Made by a program: the position numbers and the translations under genes. Shown in pieces: positions 1 to 10,213 of a DNA stretch of 64,000 nucleotides; positions within the stretch are counted from its first letter, which is position 1; the number at the start of each line of letters is the position of its first letter. Source of the DNA: Bdellovibrionales bacterium (GTDB lineage: Bacteria > Bdellovibrionota > Bdellovibrionia > Bdellovibrionales > JAUICD01); assembly GCA_965203275.1 (NCBI GenBank), contig OZ241865.1, forward strand, positions 928,001 to 992,000, written 5' to 3'. The notes under the pieces were generated by a model. It was not told where the DNA came from, did no database searches, and was given only the letters and a program-made list of their open reading frames with translations.

Positions 1-69
1 TTAGTCATAGTGAATCACGTTTTTAGTGGCTTTCTGTCATGGACTAAATGGCTACATTATTGATTATTT

Positions 70-1194
70 TTAATAACTAGGTTTGATCTCAATCAAATGA
101 GCATAGACTGTTGAAATAGTGAGTTTAATACATTTCGTGACAGGAATAGAAATAATCATCCCTAAAACACCCATAACTTGGGATCCAATAATAATCACCA
201 CAACAACAGTGATAGGGTGTAAATCTACAATTCGAGCCACCACAAGTGGAATAATAAAGAACACATCAATCAATTGTGCAATAACATAGACTGCTGTAAT
301 GAACACAACAGTTATAAAGTTCATCTCTGGAAGAGCAATAACATAAGCCGGGACCATACCAATAATAGGCCCTATATAAGGGATTAAATTTGTAATACCC
401 GCGAATAAAGCAAGAAAGGCTGTATAAGGGAATTGAATAATCGTCAAGCCTATCCAAACCACAATTCCTACGATTAAACCTTCTAAAAGGCGAGCACGAA
501 TAAAACCGCCAATATGTTTATTAATATTATAAGTTAAATTTAAAACCATCTCAAAAAGGAAATTAGGCACTATGGATAAAAATTGCCTGCGTATAGCATG
601 ACCATCTTTCAGTATAAAGAAAGCAAAAAAAGGACCCAGCAATAAAGTAATAACTGTGCTTTGGGCCATAGCAGGAACACTTCCAATAAAAAATTCAATC
701 CATTCTTGAACAAAATCTCCAATATTGGAACTCAATCGCAGTTCATAAACAGAAGACAAAGGACCAGAAAACTTATTTTCTAAAGTGATCATAAATCTTG
801 TAATATTTTCTACATATTTTGGAAGCTCTGATTGTAAAAGGGTAGCTTGCCTTGTCACAAGAGGAGCTAACCAGATCATTAAAATAGCTAATATCAAACC
901 AGAAAAAGTAAAATATAAAGAGATACATAATGAACGTTGTATACCCTTACGTTCAAAGTAACTAATAATAGGTTCTGATAAATAACTGATAGCAAAAGCA
1001 AGTATAAAAGAAGATAACATATTATCTACAACAATAATCACTGTAAGAGATGAAATAATAATCCCAGCAATAACAGCTATTTTCCACCATGTTTCCCTTT
1101 GAGTGGATTGATTAGATACAGCAATTAAAGAGCTTGAATGTTTATACATGAGATGAGAATCTTCGTTTGGAAGTTTTTTTTTATTTAAAGGCAT
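70..1194 (-). CDS. AI-2E family (PerM-like) transporter
   Basis: Multi-TM protein with family motifs 'YLSEPIISYFERKG', 'GFIRARLL', 'TNLIPYIGP', 'LHPITV', 'GVLGMIISIP'. Confidence 0.9.
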   Translation of the reverse strand: MPLNKKKLPNEDSHLMYKHSSSLIAVSNQSTQRETWWKIAVIAGIIISSLTVIIVVDNMLSSFILAFAISYLSEPIISYFERKGIQRSLCISLYFTFSGLILAILMIWLAPLVTRQATLLQSELPKYVENITRFMITLENKFSGPLSSVYELRLSSNIGDFVQEWIEFFIGSVPAMAQSTVITLLLGPFFAFFILKDGHAIRRQFLSIVPNFLFEMVLNLTYNINKHIGGFIRARLLEGLIVGIVVWIGLTIIQFPYTAFLALFAGITNLIPYIGPIIGMVPAYVIALPEMNFITVVFITAVYVIAQLIDVFFIIPLVVARIVDLHPITVVVVIIIGSQVMGVLGMIISIPVTKCIKLTISTVYAHLIEIKPSY

Positions 1195-1231
1195 TTATTT
1201 CCTCTCATAATTTCTCTAGCTTATAGAAAAG

Positions 1232-1774
1232 TTATTTTTGAATATCAACAAATACTTGTAGTTCTTTTTTTAGCTGTGTAATTCTATTGGTTGTAGATCG
1301 AAGACGATGGGCTAAGATTTTAGCTAGCTGAAAGGTAATTTTACTACCCATAGTAGGATTCCTATCTAAAATTTCTACTAAATCAGGTCTAAAAAATCCA
1401 GCCAGTAAAGTATCTTCTACTGCAATGGCAGTGGCTGTTCTTCTACTGTCTTCTTCTACCAAACAAAGTTCTCCAAAAAAATCTTCTTTGGTTAAACGAG
1501 CTACATGTGTTGGATCTGTGTTTTGGTCTTTGGATTTGTTATCTTTAATAAACATATCCACATTGCCTCTGATAATAACATACATACCTGTCCCAAGACT
1601 ACCTTGTTGAAAGATCACATCATCTTTGTGGTAAGTACGTTCATGGATCATCTTATTGATAAAAAGAAGTTCTCTTTGATCAAGAGTTTGAAAAAGCATA
1701 TTGTTTTTTAAAAGATTCAGATGATTGGATTCATCTTTTCTATTAAAAGGATTAATCCAAAGATAGTTTACCAT
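1232..1774 (-). CDS. Cyclic nucleotide-binding domain protein
   Basis: cNMP cassette 'IFQQGSLGTGMYVIIRG...FFGELCL...RRTATAIA'; no C-terminal HTH. Confidence 0.9.
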   Translation of the reverse strand: MVNYLWINPFNRKDESNHLNLLKNNMLFQTLDQRELLFINKMIHERTYHKDDVIFQQGSLGTGMYVIIRGNVDMFIKDNKSKDQNTDPTHVARLTKEDFFGELCLVEEDSRRTATAIAVEDTLLAGFFRPDLVEILDRNPTMGSKITFQLAKILAHRLRSTTNRITQLKKELQVFVDIQK

Positions 1775-2586
1775 AATCTTTCACCTGCGTAATGAAAAAT
1801 ATTTTTTTTAAGTACCCAACCCACCTGTTGTCGTTCCTGGACTTCTAAGTAACTGACTTGTGTCCAATCATTTCTAGTTTGTTTAATAACGACATTTGAA
1901 CCTTCAGCAAGTGTAAAAAAAGACGCTGTATCATAACTAGGAGCCACTTGCATGTCCACTTGATCTGATATCACAATAGCTTTTAAAGTTGTGTAATCTC
2001 TTACTTTAAAAAGTGTCAGTAGAGTAACCAAAATAAAAACAAGGCTTAAAACTATCAAATGAGTAGGTACAGCATCTAAAAGAGTTGTTTTATTGAAAAA
2101 AACCTCACTGAGATATTGAATTTTAAACCACATAAATACAAAACCCGCTAAAGCTATGAGAAAAAAATAAATATCCCATGAAAAAGGAAGCCATTTTTGA
2201 AATCTTTCTTTATATGTTATAGGACTGATAGGTACCTTCAATTGTTTTTGAGCAAAGTCAATAGCCTGCGAAGCTTTGGTTAAATAGGGGTTTTGATAAA
2301 AAGCTTTATGCCATAAACCTAATGCCATACTACGATGTCCAAGCTGATATTGAGTTAAACCCAAATTAAAAAGTAAGGAAGCATTATTAGGATAAGCGTT
2401 TAGCAATGATTGAAACATCTCATTTGCTTGTTGGTACTGTCCTTGATGATAATATTCTAACCCTTGACCTAGTTTGTTAAGATCTGCATTCGGTATAGCT
2501 CCACATATAGGAGAATAAAGCAAAAAAAATAAAATGAAAAAAATAAACATAATATTGATCATACTAAAAAATAAAAGGGATGCCAA
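1768..2586 (-). CDS. TPR + TM + SH3-like protein (BatE-like)
   Basis: N-terminal TPRs ('LFNLGLTQYQLG'), two TM helices, C-terminal SH3b-like 'LAEGSNV...WTQV...VGWV'. Confidence 0.7.
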   Translation of the reverse strand: MASLLFFSMINIMFIFFILFFLLYSPICGAIPNADLNKLGQGLEYYHQGQYQQANEMFQSLLNAYPNNASLLFNLGLTQYQLGHRSMALGLWHKAFYQNPYLTKASQAIDFAQKQLKVPISPITYKERFQKWLPFSWDIYFFLIALAGFVFMWFKIQYLSEVFFNKTTLLDAVPTHLIVLSLVFILVTLLTLFKVRDYTTLKAIVISDQVDMQVAPSYDTASFFTLAEGSNVVIKQTRNDWTQVSYLEVQERQQVGWVLKKNIFHYAGERLW

Positions 2587-2763
2587 TTAATTTTTTCACT
2601 TAAGATGTTTTTAACTCCTAGCTGATTTTTCCCTTATAATAAACGACATTAATGGCACATTTTTAGACATTGCTCTGATCATGTAAGCTCTTGCTAACAA
2701 AAAAGTCTAGAAAATATACAAACATTTAGAAATCTTTAGATGAAAAAGACAACTTGTCATTCA

Positions 2764-3433
2764 GTGCAATTGGTGCAATCATCAAATTAACTGGTGCAAT
2801 TGGTGCAATCACCAAATCAACTGGTGCAATTGGTGCAATCACCAAACCAACTGGTGCAATTGGTGCAATCATCAAATCAACTGGTGCAATTGGTGCAATC
2901 ACCAAATCAACTGGTGCAATTGGTGCAATCACCAAACCAATTGGTGCAATCACCAAACCAACTGGTGCAATTGGTGCAATCACCAAATCAACTGGTGCAA
3001 TTGGTGCAATCACCAAACCAACTGGTGCAATTGGTGCAATCATCAAATCAACTGGTGCAATTGGTGCAATCACCAAATCAACTGGTGCAATTGGTGCAAT
3101 CACCAAATCAACTGGTGCAATTGGTGCAATCATCAAATCAACTGGTGCAATTGGTGCAATCATCAAATCAACTGGTGCAATTGGTGCAATCACCAAATCA
3201 ACTGGTGCAATTGGTGCAATCACCAAATCAACTGGTGCAATTGGTGCAATCATCAAATCAACTGGTGCAATTGGTGCAATCACCAAATCAACTGGTGCAA
3301 TTGGTGCAATCATCAAATCAACTGGTGCAATTGGTGCAATCACCAAATCAACTGGTGCAATTGGTGCAATCATCAAATCAACTGGTGCAATTGGTGCAAT
3401 CATCAAATCAACTGGTGCAATTGGTGCAATCAT
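2764..3433 (+). repeat. Tandem array of ~22-23 x 30-bp units, consensus ACTGGTGCAATTGGTGCAATCAYCAAAYCA
   Basis: Read directly; two variable positions, one 21-bp unit near 2941; ends just before the AGGAG RBS of the gene at 3449. Confidence 0.97.
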
Positions 3434-3448
3434 TTTAGGAGCTACATT

Positions 3449-4846
3449 ATGGCTAAAAATGTTTATCCTCAAGGTGAATCAAAAACTTTAGAGTTAAAAA
3501 AATGTATCCCCAAAAAAAATCAAATTATTAAAACTTGTGTGGCCTTTGCTAATGGAGCAGGTGGGGAAATTGTAATTGGTATTGAAGATAAAACAAGAAA
3601 GATCATTGGTGTATCCAATGAAGTAAGAGACAAAGTATTCGATAAAATAGCTAATTCTATTATTGACTCTATCACACCTTACCTAAATCCTGAAATTTTT
3701 GAACGGAACATCCATGGTAAAATAATTGTAATTATAAAAATTTATCCTGGAAATAGAACACCTTATTTTATTAAAAGTGAAAAACATCAAAGCCACGCAG
3801 GAGTCTACTTAAGGGTTGCCTCATCAACAAGACAGGCGAGTGAGCAATATATCAAAGACTTACATAGACAACAAGAAAATATATATTTTGATGAAGAGGC
3901 TTCAAAGCTAGCCTTTTCCAACTTAAATAAGAGTTTACTTAACGAAATATACCACAAAAAATCCAGTGAAGAAAAATACATAATGGGTAAAGTAGCAGTT
4001 AGAAACATTAAAAATCCTAGAAATATTATGGCAACCAATGCAGCTGTTTTATTTTTTTCAAACAATCCTGAAATACATATTCCAGAAGCTTTGGTGATCT
4101 GTTCACAGTTCAAAGGAGAAAAAGGTCGTAAAATTATCAGAACAACTGAACTTAAAGGCCCTATCCCATATCTTGTCGAATCAACTCTCAAGCTCTTAGA
4201 ATCATGGTTAGAGGTGCAATTAAAAATTTCTGATTCGGGAAGATTAAAAGGTCGTTTATTGATTCCAAAAACCGCTTTAAGAGAAGCCATCATCAATGCT
4301 TTGATTCATCGCACTTATTTTATTAACAGTGCTGTCAAAATATCTTTTTATGAAAATAGATTAGAAATTTTCAGTCCAGGAGGTTTTCCAGGGCTTATTT
4401 CTATTGAAAGCTTAGGCGATGGCACGACTTTTTTAAGAAATCCTACCATTGCAAGACTTGCCAGAGAGTATAAATTAATAGAAAAATTAGGGTCTGGCAT
4501 TCGAATGATTTTTAATTCTTGTAAAAGGCATAAGCTTAAAAAACCAGAATTTCAAGAAAATGGTAATTTTGTTAAGCTCATTTTTTATTTTAAAACCTTT
4601 AAAAAGAGCCATTTATTAAATAAAAACCTATCGCACGAAAATCAAATCATTCAACTTGGTAAAAAGCTTCAAAAGTTTAGAATTAAAGATATTCTTGAAA
4701 ATATAGACATATCTCGCAATACAGCTACTCGTAAAATAAATCATTTGATTAAAAAAAAACTATTTAAACGTTATGGTCAAGGGGCAGGGATCTATTTTAA
4801 ATATATTGGATCTGGTGGTAAAAAATCACTTCAAGATTTGTCTTGA
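3449..4846 (+). CDS. AlbA_2 (Schlafen-like) + RecG-C/HATPase_c_4 + wHTH protein
   Basis: 'ESKTLELK...CVAFANGAGGEIVIGIED', 'LREAIINALIHRTY', 'RLEIFSPG', 'RNPTIA', 'IEKLGSGI', C-terminal HTH 'ISRNTATRKINHL...GQG'; RBS AGGAG. Confidence 0.88.
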   Translation: MAKNVYPQGESKTLELKKCIPKKNQIIKTCVAFANGAGGEIVIGIEDKTRKIIGVSNEVRDKVFDKIANSIIDSITPYLNPEIFERNIHGKIIVIIKIYPGNRTPYFIKSEKHQSHAGVYLRVASSTRQASEQYIKDLHRQQENIYFDEEASKLAFSNLNKSLLNEIYHKKSSEEKYIMGKVAVRNIKNPRNIMATNAAVLFFSNNPEIHIPEALVICSQFKGEKGRKIIRTTELKGPIPYLVESTLKLLESWLEVQLKISDSGRLKGRLLIPKTALREAIINALIHRTYFINSAVKISFYENRLEIFSPGGFPGLISIESLGDGTTFLRNPTIARLAREYKLIEKLGSGIRMIFNSCKRHKLKKPEFQENGNFVKLIFYFKTFKKSHLLNKNLSHENQIIQLGKKLQKFRIKDILENIDISRNTATRKINHLIKKKLFKRYGQGAGIYFKYIGSGGKKSLQDLS

Positions 4847-5252
4847 ATCTTCAAAAACTTTGCATATTACAAATCTATTGCATGCAAATCATAGACCACA
4901 ATGAAATCTTATCAATCTTGGTTAAATCCCCTTAAACAAATCAATAAGGTGACGAAATAGGTCCTTTGGTGACAAATTACGGCATTGTATAATTTAAAAG
5001 TCCCTGAGTCTGACAGTTGATTTGCGAATGTGGAGGTATTTTTTCAGAAAGCTTTACTTATGGGCATTTTTACTTTGTAATAAATATCACATCAGAAAGG
5101 GCAGAATATTGTTTACTGTCTTTCCAGTTAAATGTTATTTTTAATTGTTTTATACCCTTAGCTTTAAAGCCATCTAAATATCGTTGTATTTTATTTTTCA
5201 GTAGAGGTATATTTCTTTTCCTTATATTTTATCTTCTTGTTTTCTCTAATAA

Positions 5253-6461
5253 TTATTCACTTTGTAAAGGCTTGGCTGCAAAAATAGTCAATCTTAACTC
5301 CTCGCCAAATAATTCATAGACTGGGCCTTCATCACTTAGCATTTTACTTTCCTTAATGATTATATCAACTCCTTCACCTCTTCTTTCTAAAAAGTATTTT
5401 CTTTTAACACTTCTACCTATTTCATCTTCTAAGGAAATTTCAGAGAGTAACCTTGCTATTAGTTCGTTGCGTGTTGCTGTGTTTTCAGATAGAGTGTCTA
5501 CTGTGAGAGTATTTGCTAATGCCCCAGGAGAGTAAATTTCTAAGCGATCAGAAAACATAAACAGCCGTATGTGAGTCCCATGTTTAGAATAATCTCTATG
5601 TACCACAGCATTGACAATGGCTTCAAAGATGGCTCTCATATTATATTGTGGTTTTTCTTCTCTGCCAATATTTTTGATAGCCGATATTTTATTGTGTTTT
5701 TTAACAAAGTTAAAAGCATCTACAATTTGAGTATTTAAAGGGCCTTTAAAATCCTGTGCGTCTATTTGATAATGAGCATCTCTATCCTTACCTCTATAAT
5801 AAACAGCTTGAATAAAACTATGGTAGAAGTGTTCAGTAGGTGTGTCACAGCACATCAGTACACCGGCAACAGAGGCTCGACTGTTGCCATTTTCTTTTTG
5901 TAAGAGGTTTCTCTTATGAAGAGCTATCATTGTACCATCATTATTCGATGTATCTGAAATAAATTTTTTATACAAATCTGGAGATAGAGTATTAACAGTG
6001 GTATCAGGAACAATTTGTTCATCAAATCGGATTATACGTGCTTGACTACGGCTTTGTAAAAGCCTTGCTAATTGATCTAATGGTATTTTTCTTTTACTAC
6101 TTCCTTGTCTTCTAAAAACACCCCGAGGTGACTCATGAACAAAACGACTTTTGGGTACTTCAATTTTTAAAATCTTTTTATCATTAATAGATAATTTACG
6201 AGTATTTATATCGACAGGAGGCTTTATACTATCATTACATATTTCAATCACTGTTTTCTCTAATGTATCTAGGTCATTGACTCCAGTAATTTCTTTTTGA
6301 TCTGTAACACCTACAAGAATCACTCCACCTTTGTTGGCATTTGCAAAAGCAACTATTTCATCTGCAAGTTCATCTCTTTTAGGCAGTTCTTCTTTAAATT
6401 CAATGGTAGAATCTTCACCTAATGCAATTTGATTTAATATTTCTTCTCTGGTGTCATACAT
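5253..6461 (-). CDS. AlbA_2 (Schlafen-like) + RecG-C/HATPase_c_4 protein, no wHTH
   Basis: 'GEDSTIEFK...IVAFANANKGGVILVGV', 'EAIVNAVVHRDY', 'LEIYSPG', 'ERRGEG'; start moved to ATG 6461, which overlaps the upstream stop (ATGTATGA). Confidence 0.85.
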   Translation of the reverse strand: MYDTREEILNQIALGEDSTIEFKEELPKRDELADEIVAFANANKGGVILVGVTDQKEITGVNDLDTLEKTVIEICNDSIKPPVDINTRKLSINDKKILKIEVPKSRFVHESPRGVFRRQGSSKRKIPLDQLARLLQSRSQARIIRFDEQIVPDTTVNTLSPDLYKKFISDTSNNDGTMIALHKRNLLQKENGNSRASVAGVLMCCDTPTEHFYHSFIQAVYYRGKDRDAHYQIDAQDFKGPLNTQIVDAFNFVKKHNKISAIKNIGREEKPQYNMRAIFEAIVNAVVHRDYSKHGTHIRLFMFSDRLEIYSPGALANTLTVDTLSENTATRNELIARLLSEISLEDEIGRSVKRKYFLERRGEGVDIIIKESKMLSDEGPVYELFGEELRLTIFAAKPLQSE

Positions 6462-9105
6462 GGTTTTTCTCCAAATGAATACGTTTGTACCTTTGTTTAA
6501 AAGCTTCCCGTCCACCTTCTAACACGCTACATATTTTCTCTCTTGTATTGCTATCTTGAATACTGGAGGGGTTTTTGACAATGGATTGTCCTTCATGGAT
6601 TTCTAAAGGGAAAACCATTTCTGAATCTCCATTGACTACAATATTGGCATTATGGGTGATCACAATAACTTGTCTTGTAGATTTTATTTCACGTATTTTT
6701 TTCACGATAAGATTGTAGATTAATTCATTATCTAAGTCATCCTCAGGTTGATCTAATAAAAGAGGTTCTGTTCCATAAGATAAAATAAAAGCTAGAAGTG
6801 TTGCTGTTTTTTGACCTGGTGAACCTTGTTGAATTTTCTGCTGATTTTCTAGGGTAATATTCAAAGCATCCTCTGGAAACCAACACATTAAATCATTGAT
6901 AGATTCTCCAGATAAACCTTTGATATGAGTGGCGAAACGTTTATCCTGAGATTCTGATTTACCTTTACGTATTTCATTTAAATATTCTTTTATTCGATTA
7001 ATAGCTTTTGTTTTTTCATTTGATTGTTTGTATTCTTCTTTTAAAAAATTAAAATCTTTCTCAAAACGATCACCTGCACATTGCAATATTTTACGTAGTT
7101 CTTGTTCAATTTCTGTCCATTCTTGTCCAAAGAGTTTTATGTCCATTTTGAAAAGCTGATGATTCTCTAATATCTTTTTTAAAAATGACTTCCTGCTTTT
7201 TGTAAGCTCCTCTCTATTTTTTTGGATATCTTTTACAATATTTTGACATTCTTTATTTTCTTGTTCTAGCAATTCGTTATATTCTGTTATGCTATTAATT
7301 TCTTCTTGATAGTATTCTTGTAAATTTAATAAATGTGGATATTTGTCAGGATCGATATTTTTTTCTTTTAATTGAGTATGTATCTGCTCATATTGTTCAC
7401 AATCGTGCTTGATTCTTTGCATCCATGGGGCCTTGTCTTTTCTCTGTTGCCAATCATTTATAATAGAGGTTGCAGTTTCAAGTAGCTTGGCCATTTGCTC
7501 ATTGATCTTTTGCCATTGTTGATTGATATCACGAACATCATCTAGTATCTCTTTGTCTTGATTCAATATATCTAGGTTGACAGATGGAGGAGTGGTATTC
7601 TCTTGTGTTTTTTGAAGATCTGAACGTATATTTTCCCAACCCTCTTCTAATATTTTAATAACAGATAATTGTGTTTTTCTCTGATGGTACTTTTCCATAA
7701 TATCTTTATGGCCTGATTTCTTGATTTCATCAATTTGTCTGGTCACATCATTTAATTGACCACTGAATTTATTTTTTTGTTCTATCTTTTCATTATACTC
7801 CGTTATTTTTTGTTTTTTCTGCTTATAACTGTTTTTTAAACTTTTATACTTTTGATAAAACTCGTCATATTCAATGGAAGGTTCTTGATCAATAATTTTC
7901 AATAAGTGATCTGGTTTTTGTGCTAGAGCAAAAATTTGCTTTTGACTATAGATGGATACAGGAAAGCTTGTTGGAATGTCGCCAGTTTCTTTTTTCCATT
8001 CCCCTTCACCTTCTACTTCCAATGAGGGACCTTCTGCTGTTGTTAGCCAATTTAAGCGATAACGTTTCTCACCCTTACGGTAAATAAGAGACAGCTTGCT
8101 ATTATCACACAAGAGTCCGTCATCAGAATATTCATATTCGAAATATTTTTTAAGTTCTGGTTTTAAAGACTCTGGAATATCCTTTTCTCTTCGTAGACAA
8201 AGACGCATAAATTCCAATAATGTGGATTTACCGCTACCTCGACCACCTATGATAGTATTTAGAAAAGGACTAAATTTAAGACAGAGTGCTTTAGGTTTAC
8301 CTATATATTTGGCATTTTCAATAGTTATTTCTTCAATAATATGATCACTGTGTTGATTAGGGTGATCTTTCATCTTGCGATTGACAGAAGCTGATGGCCC
8401 ATCTATTAAGGCTAGTTTTAAGCCCTCTATGGTAGGCTCATTCATTTTAATCCAGGTAAATCGTTGTTGTTTTTGAAAATCATGCAAGTCAGAACCACAA
8501 ACCTCTGTCCAATTTAATTTTTGATCTTTGTAAAGTTGTGGTTTTGTAAAAGCTGTATCACATAGCTCTATTGCATGAATATAAGGGCTATTTAAAGCTT
8601 GTTGAAGTGTTGGTCCTTTGAGCTGAAATAATCCTTTGTCTCTATCCACATGGGCGGGTATAGCTATACCGCCTTGCTCTTCAATGATCTTAACCACCTT
8701 AACAAATGATTCTTTTGTCTCAGTATTGCTGTTTCCTTTTTCGCCTTGATAATCAACAGCACCTAAGAGTGAATCAATATCAGATTTGGTTTTAGAGGGA
8801 TCAAAAATAGCTAAAACATGTACTCCTCCATTGACAGAAATTTCTACACCTGGGAACAAATAAAGAGGTGGCTTGTTTTTATTTTGTTCTAAGTGTTTTA
8901 ATTCTGCTTTAAGTTTGTCAATCCAAGCTCCAGTATTGTGGTCAGTAATGGCTACACAATGAATGCCTTGATCTATAAAGTGCTGTAACCATTGTTGAGG
9001 GGTGACAGATTTGTCTTTAAAGTCTTTAAAGTCAAAAGAGGCAGGTGTATGAGTGTGAAAGTCAAACTTCCACCATTTTGCACCAGGGTAATTTAGCTGA
9101 TTCAC
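6454..9105 (-). CDS. PHP-domain + SMC/ABC-like ATPase (TrlF family, Ppl-like defence protein)
   Basis: PHP motifs DFHTHTPAS, ITDHN, GVEI, PAH, GSDLH; Walker A GGRGSGKST; coiled coil; signature SPGQK; Walker B LLLDQPEDDLD; ITHNAN; GTG start with AAGGAGG RBS. Confidence 0.88.
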   Translation of the reverse strand: MNQLNYPGAKWWKFDFHTHTPASFDFKDFKDKSVTPQQWLQHFIDQGIHCVAITDHNTGAWIDKLKAELKHLEQNKNKPPLYLFPGVEISVNGGVHVLAIFDPSKTKSDIDSLLGAVDYQGEKGNSNTETKESFVKVVKIIEEQGGIAIPAHVDRDKGLFQLKGPTLQQALNSPYIHAIELCDTAFTKPQLYKDQKLNWTEVCGSDLHDFQKQQRFTWIKMNEPTIEGLKLALIDGPSASVNRKMKDHPNQHSDHIIEEITIENAKYIGKPKALCLKFSPFLNTIIGGRGSGKSTLLEFMRLCLRREKDIPESLKPELKKYFEYEYSDDGLLCDNSKLSLIYRKGEKRYRLNWLTTAEGPSLEVEGEGEWKKETGDIPTSFPVSIYSQKQIFALAQKPDHLLKIIDQEPSIEYDEFYQKYKSLKNSYKQKKQKITEYNEKIEQKNKFSGQLNDVTRQIDEIKKSGHKDIMEKYHQRKTQLSVIKILEEGWENIRSDLQKTQENTTPPSVNLDILNQDKEILDDVRDINQQWQKINEQMAKLLETATSIINDWQQRKDKAPWMQRIKHDCEQYEQIHTQLKEKNIDPDKYPHLLNLQEYYQEEINSITEYNELLEQENKECQNIVKDIQKNREELTKSRKSFLKKILENHQLFKMDIKLFGQEWTEIEQELRKILQCAGDRFEKDFNFLKEEYKQSNEKTKAINRIKEYLNEIRKGKSESQDKRFATHIKGLSGESINDLMCWFPEDALNITLENQQKIQQGSPGQKTATLLAFILSYGTEPLLLDQPEDDLDNELIYNLIVKKIREIKSTRQVIVITHNANIVVNGDSEMVFPLEIHEGQSIVKNPSSIQDSNTREKICSVLEGGREAFKQRYKRIHLEKNHV

Positions 9106-9691
9106 AAAACCTCCTTAAAATATTTATATTTGCAAGTAGAAGGACCTTGAGCTGTTATTGTGTTTGGATTTTAAATAACTAAGCTTGGTTTGCTCAAAAC
9201 AACCTGAGGTAGTTATTCCTCCATTTTCTATTCATAAATTTATTTATAAGTTATCATCTATTTTATAGCTATAACTTAAGTAAGTCTATAGCAATAAACA
9301 AGTATTTTTTACAATGTATCTTAAAATTGTTGTATGGTGAGCCGTTAAAGATGAACTCTGATGAGTAAGATATATAAAACTTCTCATTTTGATATTTATA
9401 GTTAAACATAAATGCATAAACATATAGAAATACTAGCATGAAAAATAATGATGACTGAATTTTAGCACTGTATCATTATCGAACACTGCGAACACTGTAT
9501 GATTTTTTATCTTTTGCAAAAATACTTATGCATCCTGCATCTTAATTCTGGACATTATTTCACTAAAATTGCTTTGCTAAGCACTTTTTAAGCTTGTCTC
9601 ATAATTAAGATATGACTAAGGTCATAATAAACCAGAGCTAGCAGAGCAGGATGACCATTAAGAAGCCCTTTTTAAATAGCTTTTTGCCTTT

Positions 9692-10069
9692 TTAAAAAAA
9701 TGATGGGCCAAGTCTTTTTTGTTGATTATGGATATTGTAGTGATAAGACTTAATGGCAGAATTAATAGATTTATAAAAATCTTCTGATTCAAAGTGATTG
9801 GCTACCATAAGCTTGATAAATTCATTACTTGCGGATGTAATGCGAGGTCGAGGTCTATAAGATTGAAAAAACTTATTAAGAGTTTGTACAAAAGCTACCA
9901 AACCACAGGAGCCTACAAATTTAAGTTTTAAGAAATTAAAAATAATTCTCTGTGAATGTATTGCTGAAAGGTAATCTTTCTCAAATAATAGTGAGGTTTC
10001 AAAGTTTAAAAACCCTTCTAGATGCATGATAGTGATTTCATTATGTAAAGATTCTAGTTTGACTTTCAT
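9692..10069 (-). CDS. STAS domain protein (anti-sigma factor antagonist-like)
   Basis: 'HLEGFLNFETS...IIFNFLKLKFVGSCGL' STAS pattern with conserved Ser. Confidence 0.75.
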   Translation of the reverse strand: MKVKLESLHNEITIMHLEGFLNFETSLLFEKDYLSAIHSQRIIFNFLKLKFVGSCGLVAFVQTLNKFFQSYRPRPRITSASNEFIKLMVANHFESEDFYKSINSAIKSYHYNIHNQQKRLGPSFF

Positions 10070-10213
10070 TTTGATTTTTCACTCCTATATTTATAAACAT
10101 ACCCTAAATCTCTAAATGAAGACGACCAGCTTTATTATTATTGTACAATGGATAATATAAAAACTCTATCCTTTATAAGAAAATTAAGTTTAAAGTCTAT
10201 TTCCTAGACTTTT

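Noticed and set aside
2726..3491. Three long ORFs over the 30-bp array, and a CRISPR interpretation
   Set aside because: Frames are open only because the unit lacks stops; no RBS; no unique spacers and no cas genes in the window.
5017..5319. 100-aa + strand ORF between the two AlbA_2 genes
   Set aside because: TTG start, no RBS, AT-rich antisense-like composition, overlaps a real gene end.
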